Shown piece after piece: positions 60,539-64,000 of a DNA stretch of 64,000 nucleotides (positions within the stretch are counted from its first letter, which is position 1; each line of letters opens with the position of its first letter). This stretch comes from Azolla caroliniana. Taxonomy: Eukaryota; Plantae; Polypodiophyta. Both the position numbers and the translations under genes were made by a program. Under the pieces are notes generated by a model, which saw only the letters and a list, made by a program, of their open reading frames with translations, searched no databases and was not told the DNA's origin. The stretch spans positions 2,170,001 to 2,234,000 of the forward strand of contig JBHGNT010000015.1 of assembly GCA_043228905.1 (NCBI GenBank), given 5' to 3'.

Positions 60539-62527
60539 GCGTTCTACCACATCTGGATTCCGTAGTACGCACATGTCGCAAAGCCGCTCTACGGGTTGCT
60601 GAAGAAAGGGTGCAAGTTCGAGTGGAGTGGGGAACATACGAAGTTGGTCCAGAGATTGAAAGAAGCACTTACCGCGGCACCAGCACTCCGGAAAGTAGTT
60701 TACGGTAAGGAGGTCCCAATTTACGTGACCATAGACACGAGCCTGATTGGGATAGGATGGGTGATCAACCAGGAGGACGAGAACGGCACGAGGTTCACCA
60801 TCCGGTTAGGGGCGAAAGTACTTAGCGAGCGACAGCGAGGATACGCCCAAGTTAAACGCGAACTCTGGGGTATCATTTCGGTGGTCAAGGCCGACAAAGA
60901 CTACTTGATCGGGACGGAGGTGATAATCGAGACGGACTGCCTACCGATCCTCAGTATGGTTTCCGGATGCGCGACACTGGACCTAGCGATGCTCAGGTGG
61001 ATCGCGTGCATTAAGTCCCTGAATCCGGAGATATGGCACATCTCTGAGAAGGACAACGCCATGGCCGACATGCTTTCAAGAGCACGTTTGATGACGAAGA
61101 CAACATGGTTTCGGAGGAAGAGGAAGTCGGCGTGGACTTCTTCGAATCGGCTTACGTGACGACTAGGAAAGGGAGCACTCTGGCGCTTAATGAGTTTGAC
61201 GAGGGCGAGTACGACGGGGAGTGGCTCCAGATTGGTGGGATCCTAAAGATGATAATGGCGGACACGGCATGGACGAGAGAAGAGGCTAACCGGATTCAGA
61301 AGAAAGTGTACCAGTTCTTCCTACAGGACGGAAGCATATGGAAACACCCGAGGAAGCGAGGCGGCATCCCACTCCGGGTAGTGGCAAAGAAGGAAGAGCA
61401 TGAGGCATTGCTAACGGCTTATCACGAGAGTCCTTGGGCCGGACATCGTGGGACGTAGGCCACATTCGAAAAGATGAAGGAGAAGTATTGGTGGTCGGGA
61501 TTGTACCAGGACGTTCATCAGTTCGTGACAACTTGTGAGAGCTGCCAGATGCATTCCGTAGTCTGGCATCGGGACGAGTTGCACCCGACCTACCCGCCGA
61601 CCGTCCACTTCAAGTGGATGGTGGACTTGGTGACGATGCCGATGGGGGTAGGGCAGATGCGGTACCTGGTGCTGGCAAGAGAGGATTTGACAAACCAAGT
61701 GGAGGGTTGGGCATTGCCAAACAAGACGAGTTGTTCAACCGGCTAGGGGTTAAGCTCTCCCTCACTACGGCGTACAATCCGGAGGTGAACAAGAAGGTAG
61801 AGTGCGGGCACGAGCGGATTGTGAAGGCGTTAGTATGGGCTTGTGAAGGACAAGTCGGGAATTGGTTGCGGCTCCTACCTTACGAATTGTGGGCGGACCA
61901 AACTACGCATAGTTCGGTAACCAGGTTCATGCCGACAGAGCTGCTATATGGGCAGAAGCCGATCATGCCGATAGAGCGAACGATCTCCTCGTGGGCGGCG
62001 GTGGACTGGAGAGACGAGATGAGCCGGGAAGAGCTACTGGTGGCGAGGGTTTGACAGCTCGAGCGAAGACCGGAGGACATAGAGCAGGCAAAGGCGAAGC
62101 TGCATGCGGCAAGGGAAAGGAACAAAGGCCGGTTCGACCGAACGCACCGGCTACGACCAAAGAAGATCGAGGAAGGCGACTAGGTGCTAGTGTACGACAG
62201 CAGCCTCGACAACCAGCACAAGGTAGTGCGTAAGTTCACGAGCAGGTGGTTCAGGCCCTACGCCGTAACGAGCGCGAACAACAACGACACCTACCATCTT
62301 GCGGAGCTCAACGGGACACGGATAGCGGTGTCGGTAGCCAAGAAGAGGATCAAGTCCTTCAAGAAGCGGCATGAAGGCGAACCGGACCCGGTAAGCGTGG
62401 GCGACGGCAACGACTGGACCGGAGCAAACGACGGTTTGGAGAGCGACGGGTGACCGCGAGCCAGTTTTCTCCAGTATTTGTCCCTCTCTGGTGCATACCG
62501 GTGGATGCGTGGTTTGGTGGGGGTGGA

Positions 62528-63075
62528 TGTTGTGAAGAAAATTGTCCTTAGGAGGAATCGATGAATAAGACGCATGAACCAGCCCTTACACGCGAGCACA
62601 AGTATTGATAAGATGTACATAATTAGGAATAGGTTGGTTGAGGTAAATATACTAGGTAGTACTCATTTATTAGCTAGGAAATCGATGCGTATCTCTGTCC
62701 GAAGGGACAGAGAATAAAGATGATGTATTTAGGATGTGACGGCCCTCCTCGACGACCTATAAAAGAAAAAGGGAGATGGCTGAAACATCTATCGCATTTG
62801 CGAGGACGAAGTGTTGTCGGATTGGGAACCGAGCACTCTTCTCGTTTTCTTCGTTGAGCTCTGTAGGTTTTGGTCGGTTGCCTCTCCTCGAGGGAGAAGC
62901 CCGTGCACTTTGGCAGAGGCTCCACTACGTGCTCTATGTGTGTGTGGGTGTTTGTGTGTGGTCTCTCACGGGCTTGCCGGTTGTAATCTCGAAAAGCATT
63001 GTATTTGACTAGTTGTCTTAATCGATTCCTTGCTTGTGAGTCCTCTATGTATTTGTGTGTGTGTGTGTCGACATT
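62528..63075 (+). repeat. 3' LTR of A3 (truncated)
   Basis: Follows PPT GGTTTGGTGGGGGTGGA; aligns with 37475-38014, then diverges at a (TG)n tract. Confidence 0.85.
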
Positions 63076-63084
63076 GTGTGTTTG

Positions 63085-64000
63085 TGTGTGGGACGTATTT
63101 GTTATTGTCCTCATGAGTTTTCCCTTTTTTCCGATATGGCTGAGGGAACTTCTCCGACATGTTCGATCGGGTGTGGAGTGTCATCTCCGATTTCAACCAC
63201 TCCCGGTTCCTCCGATTTCTCTAGATATGAGAACCATTCTTCATGGCTCGTCATATGGTTTGATGCTCCGGAGTCAACATACCACACCTCATCCAATTGT
63301 TAGGTGGTCTTCTTCATCGAGTTTGCCTTGTGCTTATTCACAAAGGTTGGCCCTTTTCTAGTCTTTCCGGTTACTGATCCTTCCGATCCTTCAGCGTAGT
63401 GCGAGCTTTTCCGACTCGCTTGTCCAACCTTGCCGGATCTGGATTTGTCCGAATCGGCGCGCTTCTTCCAACACTCGCTCTCCCAATGGCCCTTCTTACC
63501 ACAATACTAGCATTCCATGTCTCGGCCTTTGCTTGTCGATTTCCGGCACCACCTTGACTCCCCCTGCTCGCCACTATTGCGTGCCAATCCACCTCGTCCG
63601 CCACGCCCACGAGGCCAATCCGCCTCAATTTGTAGCATCTGGTTGTCCAATTGAGTAGTCTTTGACCCACTCGCATGGTTTTCTTCGACCATTAGCATCA
63701 ATTGCAAGTCGAAGAAGGACGATGGTTTCTCCTGGGTGCATATCGTTGTCCAAATTGGCCCATACCTCTGCACTAGACCATCGAGGTAGATCTACACCAT
63801 TTCTTCTTCATCCATTGTTACGTTGATGGACCCTAGTGCATCACAGACCTCCTTTACCTTAGTGGTGTAGTCGGTGACCGACATGTCCCTTTATCGAATA
63901 TTGTTGAGCTCTTGCCGAAGCTGTAACTTCCGGGCAGTGGTACTAGAGGCGAAAATCTTTTTGAGATTTTCCCAAGCTTCCTTCGGAGTCTTTGATGTAG
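63085..64000 (-). pseudogene. Decayed Copia gag-protease fragment related to C5 (runs off the right edge)
   Basis: FFDLQLMLMVEENH and EVWYVDSGASNHMTSHEEWF with stops and frameshifts. Confidence 0.85.

Larger units (their letters stand above)
37475..63075 (+). mobile_element. Gypsy family A copy A3, host of four direct nested insertions
   Basis: 5' LTR 37475-38234, PBS 38239-38255, coding pieces 38280-38615, 51085-53148, 54153-54625, 55074-55373 and 60543-62453 collinear with A1/A2, PPT, and 3' LTR 62528-~63075 (truncated at a TG repeat). Confidence 0.87.

Overview
The window is a gene-free stack of nested plant retrotransposons; I found no cellular gene, rRNA or intact tRNA. The mix of lineages (Tcn1-like chromovirus, fungal-like non-chromoviral Gypsy, tRNA-Met Copia) suggests a non-seed land plant such as a fern, which is inference only. 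Contents, with my own working labels: three decayed copies of a tRNA-Trp-primed Gypsy family A (A1 1-7718 minus, A2 7719-18505, A3 37475-~63075) and a solo LTR; two pol-less gag-only derivatives (N1 21888-26784, N2 55374-60538); two copies of Gypsy family B; one chromovirus (38616-51079); five Copia elements (C1-C5) and two Copia fragments; two more solo LTRs; one collapsed LTR element; and a 5'-truncated LINE inside a (CT)n tract. Nesting reaches four levels. Most interesting: (1) all six scorable family-A-type insertions sit on a 4-bp NCGN target; (2) tRNA-like A/B-box cassettes lie antisense in U3 of three different LTR types; (3) a gag-only parasite shares cis signals with family A; (4) alternative hairpins span the PPT/LTR junction of four Copia elements; (5) -1 frameshift signals, Tf1-like self-priming and heat-shock elements can be read from the sequence. 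All coordinates were read by eye, and deletion junctions may be off by a few bases.
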